The notes under the pieces: generated by a model
Databases searched by the model: none
Told to the model about the DNA's origin: nothing
What the model saw: the letters and a program-made list of their open reading frames with translations, nothing else
Shown here: one piece after another, positions 29,099 through 38,232 of the stretch
Layout: every line of letters begins with the position of its first letter
Position numbering within the stretch: position 1 is the first letter of the stretch
Program-made: the position numbers and the translations under genes
Origin: Candidatus Cloacimonadota bacterium
GTDB lineage: Bacteria > Cloacimonadota > Cloacimonadia > G963667145
Direction of reading: 5' to 3'
NCBI GenBank assembly: GCA_963676615.1
Contig: OY781092.1
Coordinates: forward strand, 480,001 to 544,000
DNA length: 64,000 bases

Positions 29099-32056
29099 TT
29101 GTTGGATAATCTGAAAAAGTATTACAACAAGTATAAGTATATTGAGCACAGTTTTCACGAGCTGATGCCCAATAAGGTGAAGAGTATCCTTTTCGTTTCG
29201 TCGTTTTACGACGCTTTCATTTTTGAGCAGGACGGACGCCTTGCCGAGAAAATTCACGGGGAGTATCGTCACCTGAATCTTAGCACTTCGCCGCGCGTGG
29301 ATACTGTCTCGGGAAGTAAAGAGGCGCTGGAGGCGGTGCGAGCCAACAACTATCAGCTGGTCGTTTTGATGATGCGGGTGGACGCTGTTTCGCCTTTTGA
29401 ACTTTCGCAAAAAATTAAAGAGATTCAGCCCGATATTTCGGTGCTACTTCTGCTTAATTCTAATGCGGATGTGCCTAGAATTGAGGCTCGAGATAGTCTG
29501 GGCGGTATCGACGATGTCTTTTTGTGGAGCGGCGAAACTCGGCTTTTTTTGGCGATGATAAAAAGTGTTGAAGACAAAAAAAATATCGCTGCGGATATGA
29601 AAACCGCTCAAGTGCGGGTGATTATTTTTGTCGAAGATTCGATCAATTTCTACTCTAATTTTTTGTCGATTTTGTATTCCAAGATTGTTGAGCAGACCCA
29701 GGAGCTGATCGACGACGAGATTTCGGATATGGCGAAAAGGTATTTGATGCGGGTGCGCCCAAAGGTGATTTTGGTGCACACCTACGAAGATGCGATGAAA
29801 TATTTCAACCGCTACAAAGGAAATGTGTTGTCGATTATCAGCGATATCCGCTATCCAAAAGACGGCAAAATGTGCGATTTGGCTGGTGTTGAGCTGGCGA
29901 AATCTGTGCGGGCGCAGACCTCTATCCCCGTGCTGCTACTGTCTTCGGACAAGGAAAACAAAAAATACGCCGACCAGCTGGGGCTGAAGTTCATTCACAA
30001 AGCGATAACCAAAAATCTGTTCAAAGAGTTTCGGGAGTTTATGGACGACAGGCTCGGATTTGGCAAGTTTGCGTTTATGGATTTGCAAAATAATCGCACC
30101 ATCAGCGCCAAAAAAATTTCCAAAGTGCAAAAAATTTTTGGCGATTTGTCCGATGCGGAATTTTTGCACAACCTCAAAAGGCGCTATCTGGTTTCGTGGC
30201 TTCTCACGCACGGCTACATAGATATTGTCAAAGATTTGCCCGAGCTGATACGGCGCTCGGATTCTGAGCCGCTGGCGGTTATTCGCCGAGATTTGGACAA
30301 TGTTTTTCACAAGCAACGACAGGAAATGAGTCGCGGCAAAATTATTCCTTTTTCTATTTTTGGGATTTATGATATGATGGTAATTCACTCGCTGGCAGGA
30401 GGTTCTGCTGGTGGCAAAGGCAGGGGACTTGCTTTTTTGAACGCCTTATTAACGACGCTGGAGTATGAGAAAAAATACGATAGCGTGGAGATTATGATTC
30501 CCAGAACTTTTTTCATCGGCACCGACGAGTATGACGAATTTTTGACGACAATCGATTTTAACAGCGAAAAAAATTATACAGACGACCAAATCGGCGAGAT
30601 TTTCAAAAAAGGCAGATTGAGCCATAGTTTGCGAAAAAACTTAAAGAAGTTGCTTCGTTATTTGGATAAGCCGCTGGCGGTGCGATCTTCGGGGATGCTC
30701 GAAGATTCGGAGTTTCATCCGTTTGCGGGAATTTACAGCACCTATATGTTGCCCAATTCGAGCGCCGACTTGGATTTGCGCCTTAGCAATCTTGTCAACG
30801 CCATCAAGATGGTTTATGCGTCGGTTTTCAAAAAAGAGGCACGAAGTTACATCGAGGGGTTGAATTTTAACATCGGCGAGGAGAAAATGGCGGTGATAAT
30901 CCAGCAGATTGTCGGTGCGCAAGAGGGAGACTATTTTTTCCCGCATATTGCAGGTGTGGCGCAGTCCTACAACTTTTATCCAACTGGTCCGATGAACTCC
31001 AGCGACGGCGTGGCAGAGCTGGTTTTTGGGCTTGGAGAGATGGCTGTGCGTGGGCAAAAAAATGTGCGAGTTTGTCCAAAATATCCGAAAGTGAACGCTC
31101 TGGATCAGCAGCAGATGATAAAAAACACGCAAGACACTTTTGTGGCGCTGGATCTCAAGGAGAAGCTTTTCGATTTTTCGGACGAGGTTTGTTCGCTGGT
31201 GGAGCTGGACAAAAGCGCCGCTCGTGCGAGCGCTGGCTATCGGCTGGTGGTTTCGACCCAAGATTTGCAAAGCGGTCGGCTCGACCCTGGTTTTTCGGAA
31301 AAAGGGTTCAATGTGATATCGTTTGCCAATGTGCTGATTTACGACTACATTCCGCTTGCCGAGATTTTGGCGGATATTTTGCGGATTGGTCAGCTGGCGA
31401 TGGCGACGCCCGTGGAGATTGAGTTTGCGCTGGTTTTTAATAAAAACGATGTCGGCGGCAAAGCGAAGTTCAACCTTTTGCAGATTCGGCCGCTTTCGGT
31501 GAATAATGTGCAGATTGATTTGAGCGAAAGTGATTTTGCTGGTGCGATTTTACGGGCGGAGAAATGTATGGGCGGCGGCAGATTTGACGATTTATGCGAC
31601 ATTATCTATCTTGATTTGGAAAAATTTGATAACACCAAAACTTTGCAGATGCAAAAAGAGATTGAGCAGTTAAATAAAAAAATGGTGGAGCAAGACCGAA
31701 ATTATGTGCTGATTGGTGTGGGCAGATGGGGGACGCGCGATCGTTTTTTGGGCGTTCCAGTTAGCTGGGGGCAGATTTCGCGAGCAAAGGTGATTGTCGA
31801 GCTTGGCACAGACGATTTTGTGGTGGAGGCCTCGCAAGGCACGCACTTTTTTCACAATCTGATTTCGGCTAATGTTTGTTATTTGACTTTACAGGATAGC
31901 TCCGATTTCGATTATTTGGATTGGGAGCAGATAAAGAGTTGGGATGTTGTGGATTCTGGCGAGTTTTTTGTGCATCGACGAGCGAAAGAGAGTCTGGAAT
32001 TTTTGGTGGAAAGTAGCGGCAATAAAGCTGTTTTGCGAAAGATAAAAAATAAATAA
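29099..32056 (+). CDS. PEP/pyruvate-binding (PPDK-N ATP-grasp) domain protein with N-terminal receiver-like regions
   Basis: GGKGRGLAF, PLAVRSS..ED..FAGIY, MAVIIQ, VEIEFA, LLQIRP; receiver-like IIFVED..IISDIRYP; no pyruvate-binding barrel recognised. Confidence 0.82.
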   Translation: MLDNLKKYYNKYKYIEHSFHELMPNKVKSILFVSSFYDAFIFEQDGRLAEKIHGEYRHLNLSTSPRVDTVSGSKEALEAVRANNYQLVVLMMRVDAVSPFELSQKIKEIQPDISVLLLLNSNADVPRIEARDSLGGIDDVFLWSGETRLFLAMIKSVEDKKNIAADMKTAQVRVIIFVEDSINFYSNFLSILYSKIVEQTQELIDDEISDMAKRYLMRVRPKVILVHTYEDAMKYFNRYKGNVLSIISDIRYPKDGKMCDLAGVELAKSVRAQTSIPVLLLSSDKENKKYADQLGLKFIHKAITKNLFKEFREFMDDRLGFGKFAFMDLQNNRTISAKKISKVQKIFGDLSDAEFLHNLKRRYLVSWLLTHGYIDIVKDLPELIRRSDSEPLAVIRRDLDNVFHKQRQEMSRGKIIPFSIFGIYDMMVIHSLAGGSAGGKGRGLAFLNALLTTLEYEKKYDSVEIMIPRTFFIGTDEYDEFLTTIDFNSEKNYTDDQIGEIFKKGRLSHSLRKNLKKLLRYLDKPLAVRSSGMLEDSEFHPFAGIYSTYMLPNSSADLDLRLSNLVNAIKMVYASVFKKEARSYIEGLNFNIGEEKMAVIIQQIVGAQEGDYFFPHIAGVAQSYNFYPTGPMNSSDGVAELVFGLGEMAVRGQKNVRVCPKYPKVNALDQQQMIKNTQDTFVALDLKEKLFDFSDEVCSLVELDKSAARASAGYRLVVSTQDLQSGRLDPGFSEKGFNVISFANVLIYDYIPLAEILADILRIGQLAMATPVEIEFALVFNKNDVGGKAKFNLLQIRPLSVNNVQIDLSESDFAGAILRAEKCMGGGRFDDLCDIIYLDLEKFDNTKTLQMQKEIEQLNKKMVEQDRNYVLIGVGRWGTRDRFLGVPVSWGQISRAKVIVELGTDDFVVEASQGTHFFHNLISANVCYLTLQDSSDFDYLDWEQIKSWDVVDSGEFFVHRRAKESLEFLVESSGNKAVLRKIKNK

Positions 32057-32068
32057 GGGAGTAAGAAG

Positions 32069-32473
32069 ATGAAAACTTTACTGATGATAAAGCCTAACTG
32101 CACAAAAATGAACAAGATAGGGGAGATTTTGACGATGGTAGAGGATGCTGGATTTGTGATTGAACAGGCGAAAATGTTTACTTTCGACAAAGCGCTAATT
32201 GACGGATTTTACGCCGAACATATTGGGAAAGAGTTTTTTCCGCGCCTAGAGAGTTTTATGATTTCCGATAGAACTTTGGCGGTGGTCTTGAGCAAAGAGA
32301 ACGCTATCGACGATTTGCGGGAGCTTGTGGGCAACACCGACCCGAGCAAAGCAGCCCCTGGCACCATCAGGGCGTTGTATGGAACAAATGTCACCCAAAA
32401 CGGCGTGCATGCCAGCGATTGTCCAAAAAGCGCAAGCCGAGAAATCGGGTTTCTTTTTTCACAAAATAAATAA
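32069..32473 (+). CDS. ndk: Nucleoside diphosphate kinase
   Basis: TLLMIKP, FYAEH, PGTIRALYG, NGVHASD. Confidence 0.96.
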   Translation: MKTLLMIKPNCTKMNKIGEILTMVEDAGFVIEQAKMFTFDKALIDGFYAEHIGKEFFPRLESFMISDRTLAVVLSKENAIDDLRELVGNTDPSKAAPGTIRALYGTNVTQNGVHASDCPKSASREIGFLFSQNK

Positions 32474-32501
32474 AAAATAATTATAAAGAGGGGATATAAG
32501 G

Positions 32502-33704
32502 ATGAAAATCTTCGTGTTAAATTGTGGTAGCTCGTCTATTAAATTTCAGTTTATCAACACAGAAACTGGCGATGTTATGGCGAAAGGTTTGGTGGAGCGG
32601 ATTGGCGAGGATATGGGAATTTACACCTACAAAAGTGAGCCATATACCAAAAAAAATCTGAATCTTTTAATCGAAAATCACGCCAAGGGAATCGATTTTA
32701 TTTTAAAAGATTTGATGCATAGCGAGCATGGGGTGATCGGGTCTGTGCAGGAGATTGATGGCGTTGGACACCGCGTTGTGCATGGCGGAGAGCATTATTC
32801 GGAGTCTGTGGTTATCGACGACGATGTCAAAAAAGCTATCCGTGAGTGCTTTGACATTGCGCCGCTGCACAACCCTGCGAATATGATGGGCGTGGAAGCT
32901 GTGGAAAATGTTTTGCCGGGAGTTCGCCAGGTGGCAGTTTTCGACACCGCTTTTCACCAAACGATGCCCAACAAAGCTTATCTTTACGGACTTCCCCTGA
33001 AATATTACACCGAGCACAAAATCCGCAAATACGGTTTCCACGGCACGAGCCACAAATTTGTGGCAGGCAGAGTCTCGGAATATGAGCGAAGAATGTTGCG
33101 CTCGATGAAGATAATTACCTGTCACATCGGCAACGGAGCGTCGATTACCGCCATAAATCACGGCAAATCTGTGGACACATCGATGGGCTTTACGCCGCTT
33201 GCGGGCTTGCTGATGGGCACCAGAAGCGGCAATATCGACCCCGCAATTCCGCTGTTTATGATCGATCATCTGAAGATGGAGTCAAAAGAGGTGCAAAATG
33301 TCCTTAATAAGCAAGGCGGAATTTTGGGCTTGTCCGAATTTAGTAACGATATGCGCGAGATCGAGGAGAAGATTTTGCACGATCACGACCAAAAAATCGC
33401 CACCGCTTTCGATGTTTATTGCTATCGCATCAAAAAATACATCGGAGCTTACGCTGCGGTGATGAACGGCGTGGACATCATCGTTTTCACTGGCGGAGTG
33501 GGCGAGAATATGCCGATTTTGCGGGAGATGGTCTGCACCGATATGGAGTATTTGGGCGTCAAAATGGATGTGAAAAAGAACAACACCAGAGTTGAGGATG
33601 TGCTCGATTTTTCTGCCGAAGATTCCAAAGTGAAGCTTTTGAAAGTTGCCACCAACGAGGAGCTGATGATCGCTCTGGAGACCGAGGAACTTTTGTCGAA
33701 CTAG
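32502..33704 (+). CDS. ackA: Acetate kinase
   Basis: LNCGSSSIK, GHRVVHGG, APLHN, YGFHGTSH, FTGGVGEN, TNEELMIA. Confidence 0.97.
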   Translation: MKIFVLNCGSSSIKFQFINTETGDVMAKGLVERIGEDMGIYTYKSEPYTKKNLNLLIENHAKGIDFILKDLMHSEHGVIGSVQEIDGVGHRVVHGGEHYSESVVIDDDVKKAIRECFDIAPLHNPANMMGVEAVENVLPGVRQVAVFDTAFHQTMPNKAYLYGLPLKYYTEHKIRKYGFHGTSHKFVAGRVSEYERRMLRSMKIITCHIGNGASITAINHGKSVDTSMGFTPLAGLLMGTRSGNIDPAIPLFMIDHLKMESKEVQNVLNKQGGILGLSEFSNDMREIEEKILHDHDQKIATAFDVYCYRIKKYIGAYAAVMNGVDIIVFTGGVGENMPILREMVCTDMEYLGVKMDVKKNNTRVEDVLDFSAEDSKVKLLKVATNEELMIALETEELLSN

Positions 33705-33720
33705 AAAAAAAAAACTAAAA

Positions 33721-33756
33721 TAAAAAGCCATCGATTTTTTTGATGGCTTTTTTTAT
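33721..33756. terminator. Bidirectional intrinsic terminator between convergent ackA and the TPR gene
   Basis: TAAAAAGCCATC / GATGGCTTTTTTA stem with A and T tracts on both sides. Confidence 0.85.
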
Positions 33757-33768
33757 TAGGGGAAAAAA

Positions 33769-34625
33769 TTATTGGGTAAGCATCTCGATTAAGTTTTGCA
33801 ACTTTCTGCTTTTGGGCACAAAAACTGGAATTTTTTTGGCGATGATTTTCGCTTTTTCGGTCTGTCCTAGGCGCAGATAAATTTTGATTAGATGTTCAAA
33901 AATGGAGGCGTCGAACGGCGAAAATCGCAGAGCTTTTCTAAAATAGTCGATCGCTGGCGAAAACAAACCGATTCTGTAGGCGGTTTGCGCCAAAATTTTG
34001 ATGTTGCCCAGATAGTTGAAGCCGTCTTTTTCCGCTTGCAAAAGGTGGTCGTATGCCGCCAGCCATTTTTTTGGCAATACAAATAGTAGCCCAAAAGGAA
34101 GGTAACTTTGTTGCTGTGTGGGTATTTTTTTTGCAAAATTTCGATGAACTCTTTGGCTTTTGCAAATTTTTTTAAGGAAATATATTGCTCACAAAGCAAA
34201 AAAGAGACAGCTTCGGGATTGGTTGGATCGTCCAAAATCGACTCCAGCAAAGAGGTGGCTTCGTCTGGAACTTGCAGGTGGATGCAACACACCGCTTTTT
34301 TGAAAATCGAGGCGCTAGACGGATTTGCAATCTGCTCCAAGCAGTTTTTGGCAGCCACAAAGTTGAAGTCGAGCATATGCAGGTTCGCCATTTTGTGCAA
34401 AACGCTCTCTTTGTGCGGCGCGGCTTTGTCGGCTTGGCGGTAATATTGCAGGGCTTTTTGGTTTTTGTTTTTGAAAAGATGCAAGTCGCCTAAAGCCTCC
34501 AAAAGTTGCGGGTCGCTGCTAAATTCGCTCAGTCCATTTTGCAAAATAGTTAGCGACTTTATCCAGTTTTTTCTTTTTGCTTGAGCCGCTTGGGCGATGA
34601 TATTGTTGACTTTTGTGGGCATCAA
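33769..34625 (-). pseudogene. TPR protein split by a one-base frameshift at an A7 run (285 aa if restored)
   Basis: ORF 33888-34625 is TPR-like up to YYLYCQK; ORF 33769-34077 continues TPR-like KWLAAYDHLLQA in another frame; junction at the T7 run 34066-34072. Confidence 0.75.
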
Positions 34626-35980
34626 AATCCTAGATTACCTGGCATACCGTTCATTTTTCCCAAATTTTTCATCATATTTTTGCGATTTTTTGGGTTGCTG
34701 AGCTGTTTCATCATCTTTTTCATCTGGTCGAATTGCCGCAGAAGCGTGTTGACTTCTTGGACGCTCGTGCCGCTGCCTTTGGCGATTCTCTTGCGCCTTT
34801 GCCCGTCGATAAGTTTGCTTTTGCGGCGCTCAGCCAAAGTCATCGAAGTGATAATCGCTTCTGTTCGTTTAAATTTTTTGGGGTCTAAATCGGCAGATTG
34901 GAGCATCGAGGAGTTGACGCCAGGAATCATTTTGAGAATTGAGGAGAGCGAGCCCATTTTTTGGATTTTTTTCAGTTGCGACAAAAAATCTTCCAAAGTG
35001 AACTGATTTTTGAGCATTCGCTGGGCGGTTTTTTCCGCCTCCTCTTTGTCCATATTTTCTTCGGCTTTTTCGATTAGGCTTAGGATGTCGCCCATTCCCA
35101 AAATTCGCGAAGCCATTCTGTCGGGATAAAATTTTTCCAAATCGGAGATTTTTTCGCCAACACCGCAGAACGCTATCGGTTTTTGGGAGACGGCACGAAT
35201 GGACAAAGCCGCACCACCGCGCGCATCGGAGTCCAATTTGGTCAAAATCGAAGCGTCGATGCCCACTTTTTCTGCAAAACCTTTTGCAGAGTTGATGGCG
35301 TCTTGCCCCGTCATTGCGTCGGCGACGAAAAAGATGTAGTCGGGTTTGATTTTTTTCTTTAGCCCAGATAGCTCTTTCATCAGCTCTTCGTCCAAATGCA
35401 AACGACCAGCTGTGTCAATAATAACAAGGTTTTGTTTTTCTTTTTGCGCTCTTTTGAGAGCCGACTTGCAGATTTTTATCGGGTCGGTTTTGCCAAGGCT
35501 TTCTACAGGAATGCTCAGCTGCTTGCCGAGTGTCTCTAGCTGCTGGATCGCCGCTGGTCGATAGATGTCGCACGCCACCAGCAAAGGCTCAAGCTTTAGA
35601 TTTTTGCGGGCAAAGTTGGCAAATTTGGCGCAAGTTGTTGTTTTTCCAGAGCCTTGCAGACCAACAAACATCACTTTATTGATTTTGTCTTTGGGCAAAT
35701 TTAGTGCAAACTCGCTTTCGCCCATCAGCTTTGTCAGCTGCTCCTTGACGATTTTTATTACCTGCTGGCTAGGATTTAGGCTCTTGAGCACCTTTTGCCC
35801 AACCGTCACTTTCTCGATCTCTTGGATGAAATTTTTGACAATCTTAAAGTTGACATCCGCCTCCAGCAAAGCCATCCGCACTTGTTTGAGCGCGTCCTGA
35901 ATGTTGCTCTGCTGGAGCACAGCTTTGCCCTTAATCGATTTGAAAATCGCCTGAAATTTATCGGAAAGATTATCGAACAT
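34622..35980 (-). CDS. ffh: Signal recognition particle protein
   Basis: ALLEADV, GLQGSGKTT, DTAGR, TKLDSDARGG, M domain. Confidence 0.98.
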   Translation of the reverse strand: MFDNLSDKFQAIFKSIKGKAVLQQSNIQDALKQVRMALLEADVNFKIVKNFIQEIEKVTVGQKVLKSLNPSQQVIKIVKEQLTKLMGESEFALNLPKDKINKVMFVGLQGSGKTTTCAKFANFARKNLKLEPLLVACDIYRPAAIQQLETLGKQLSIPVESLGKTDPIKICKSALKRAQKEKQNLVIIDTAGRLHLDEELMKELSGLKKKIKPDYIFFVADAMTGQDAINSAKGFAEKVGIDASILTKLDSDARGGAALSIRAVSQKPIAFCGVGEKISDLEKFYPDRMASRILGMGDILSLIEKAEENMDKEEAEKTAQRMLKNQFTLEDFLSQLKKIQKMGSLSSILKMIPGVNSSMLQSADLDPKKFKRTEAIITSMTLAERRKSKLIDGQRRKRIAKGSGTSVQEVNTLLRQFDQMKKMMKQLSNPKNRKNMMKNLGKMNGMPGNLGF

Positions 35981-35998
35981 AAAATCTAACTTGCTCTT

Positions 35999-37006
35999 TT
36001 ATAGCGCTTTAGCGATTTTTTCTGCCAACTCCACAACGCGATTTGAATATCCCCACTCGTTATCATACCAGATAATCAATTTGGCGAAATTCTCGCCAAT
36101 CATTTTCGTCGAATCGGCGTCAAATATGCACGAATGCGTGTTGTGAATGATGTCCACGGAGACGATTTTGTCTTCGGTGTACTCCAAAATTCCTTGCAAT
36201 TCGCTCTCGGCAGCTTTTTTTACCGCTTGATTGATTTGCTCGATAGTAGTGTTTTTTTTCAGTTTAACGGTGAAATCGACCAAAGATCCAGTAATTACGG
36301 GAACTCGCATCGAGCAGCCGTCCAATTTTCCTTTCAGGCTCGGAATAACTTTTTCCACAGCGATAGTTGCCCCAGTGGTTGTTGGGATGATAGATTTGGC
36401 GGCGGCTCTTGCTCTGCGCAGGTCGGAATGCGGGCGGTCGATGAGCACTTGGTCGGAAGTGTAGGCGTGAATTGTGGTCATAAAAGCTGTTTCGATTCCG
36501 AAATTTTCTTCGATAACTTTGGCAACTGGTGCAAGGCAGTTTGTGGTGCAAGAGGCGTTGGAAAAGCTGCGATTGCTTGTGTCCAATTCGTCAGAATTTA
36601 CGCCCAAAACGATGGTCTGGTCGATTTGGTCTTTTGCAGGCACAGTCAAAATTACCCTCTTGGCGCCTGCATCGATGTGGTCCATATAGCCGCCTTTTTC
36701 GCTTTTGGCTAGGCGGAAAATTCCCGTAGATTCGATGGCGATGTCAACGCCCAATTTTGCCCAAGGCAAGTCGGTGATTTTGCGCTCGCTCAAAACTTTT
36801 ATCTCTTTGCCGTTCACGATAATAGCGTTTTCTGCAACTTTCACTTCGCCAGGAAATTTGCCGTATGTTGAGTCGTATTTGAACAAATGAGCCAAAGTCT
36901 TGGCGTCTGCCAAATCGTTAATCGCCACGATATCTAGCCCTTTTTCGATAGCCACTTTGGTTACCGCTCTGCCGATTCTTCCAAATCCGTTAATAGCTAT
37001 TTTCAT
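35999..37006 (-). CDS. gap: Glyceraldehyde-3-phosphate dehydrogenase, type I
   Basis: INGFGRIGR, SNASCTTNCLAP, WYDNEWGYSNR. Confidence 0.98.
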   Translation of the reverse strand: MKIAINGFGRIGRAVTKVAIEKGLDIVAINDLADAKTLAHLFKYDSTYGKFPGEVKVAENAIIVNGKEIKVLSERKITDLPWAKLGVDIAIESTGIFRLAKSEKGGYMDHIDAGAKRVILTVPAKDQIDQTIVLGVNSDELDTSNRSFSNASCTTNCLAPVAKVIEENFGIETAFMTTIHAYTSDQVLIDRPHSDLRRARAAAKSIIPTTTGATIAVEKVIPSLKGKLDGCSMRVPVITGSLVDFTVKLKKNTTIEQINQAVKKAAESELQGILEYTEDKIVSVDIIHNTHSCIFDADSTKMIGENFAKLIIWYDNEWGYSNRVVELAEKIAKAL

Positions 37007-37074
37007 CTTTACTCCTTAATCCTTGCCTTGTTTTTTTTAAAGGTTCTTTTTTAAACAAAAGAGGGGAAAGGCAG

Positions 37075-37308
37075 ATTTGTGTCAATAAATATAATTGGTC
37101 GAGAGGGGAAATTTGTTGATTTTAATTCATAATAGCACTTTGTAATTTGTGTAAGCTCGCCCGATTAACTAATTTTTACGCTTTTCGATTTGAGTTTTTA
37201 TTGCCCGCCTTTTTCCAGCTACTTCTTGTTTTGCCCAAAAATAAAAAAGACACAAAAAACTGGCGTTCCAAACTTGCTCCAAGAGTCTATTTTTTTATTG
37301 ACACAAAT
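37075..37308. promoter_or_regulatory. Divergent promoter region (gap / cyclophilin-aspS) with an inverted 15-mer containing TTGACA
   Basis: TTTATTGACACAAAT at 37294-37308 and its reverse complement at 37075-37089. Confidence 0.55.
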
Positions 37309-37396
37309 TCAAAGAGCCAAATTGATACTTTAAATTAAGGTGTTGGATTGTTTAAAAACGCAAATTTTTATGAAAAAAAGGTTATTTTTAGGGATT

Positions 37397-38209
37397 ATGA
37401 AAAATTTTAATGTTAAAAAGGCGATTTTGCTGGCTGTTTTTAGTGTGCTACTTACGGCTTGCAACGCACAAGAGAAAAAGAGTGTAAAGGGAGACAAGAC
37501 AGTGATTATCAAGACAAATAAGGGCGATATTAAGCTGGAACTTTTTTCGGAATTGGCGCCAAAAACGGTGGCGAATTTTGTTGATTTGGCTAGCGGGAAA
37601 AAGACTGGCAAACCGTTTTATGACGGGCTGATTTTTCATAGAGTTATCAAAGATTTTATGATTCAAGGCGGTTGCCCAAATGGCACTGGCACAGGCGGCC
37701 CAGGTTACACTTTTGAGGACGAATGCTACGAAGATGGACAGCCGATTTCTGGCAAGGTGGACTCTCAAGACAAGGCGCTGCAGGTGTTTCAGGAGATTTT
37801 GATGCCGTATTTGCAAAAGAATGGGCAAAATAGCAACAAGGAGATTGTGGAGTTGGTGACCGAGTGCGGCAACAAGCAGTCGGGCGAGCCGCTGATGGGT
37901 AAAACTGTCGAGGAGTATCTGGAGCTAACCGATCAAAAAGGCAAGAAGATTTATGGTAAAGGAAAGCTGAAAGCGGCGGTCGATTATGGCACGATTTGTA
38001 TGGCGAACTCCGGGCCGAACACCAACGGCAGTCAGTTTTTTATCGTTACCAAAAAAGATGGTTGCGACTGGCTGAACGGCAAACACACGGTTTTCGGCAA
38101 AGTTGTGGACGGAATGGATGTTGTGCAAAAAATTCAGGATGTGAAGACGGGAGCGCAAGACAAGCCAATCGAGCGAGTGGTTATCGAAAAGGTTATTGTT
38201 GAGGATTGA
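37397..38209 (+). CDS. Cyclophilin-type peptidyl-prolyl isomerase, lipoprotein, with a large internal insertion
   Basis: Lipobox LLTAC; FHRVIKDFMIQGG, MANSGPNTNGSQFFI, HTVFGKV. Confidence 0.92.
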   Translation: MKNFNVKKAILLAVFSVLLTACNAQEKKSVKGDKTVIIKTNKGDIKLELFSELAPKTVANFVDLASGKKTGKPFYDGLIFHRVIKDFMIQGGCPNGTGTGGPGYTFEDECYEDGQPISGKVDSQDKALQVFQEILMPYLQKNGQNSNKEIVELVTECGNKQSGEPLMGKTVEEYLELTDQKGKKIYGKGKLKAAVDYGTICMANSGPNTNGSQFFIVTKKDGCDWLNGKHTVFGKVVDGMDVVQKIQDVKTGAQDKPIERVVIEKVIVED

Positions 38210-38232
38210 CAACGGTTTTAAGGGGATTTTTT

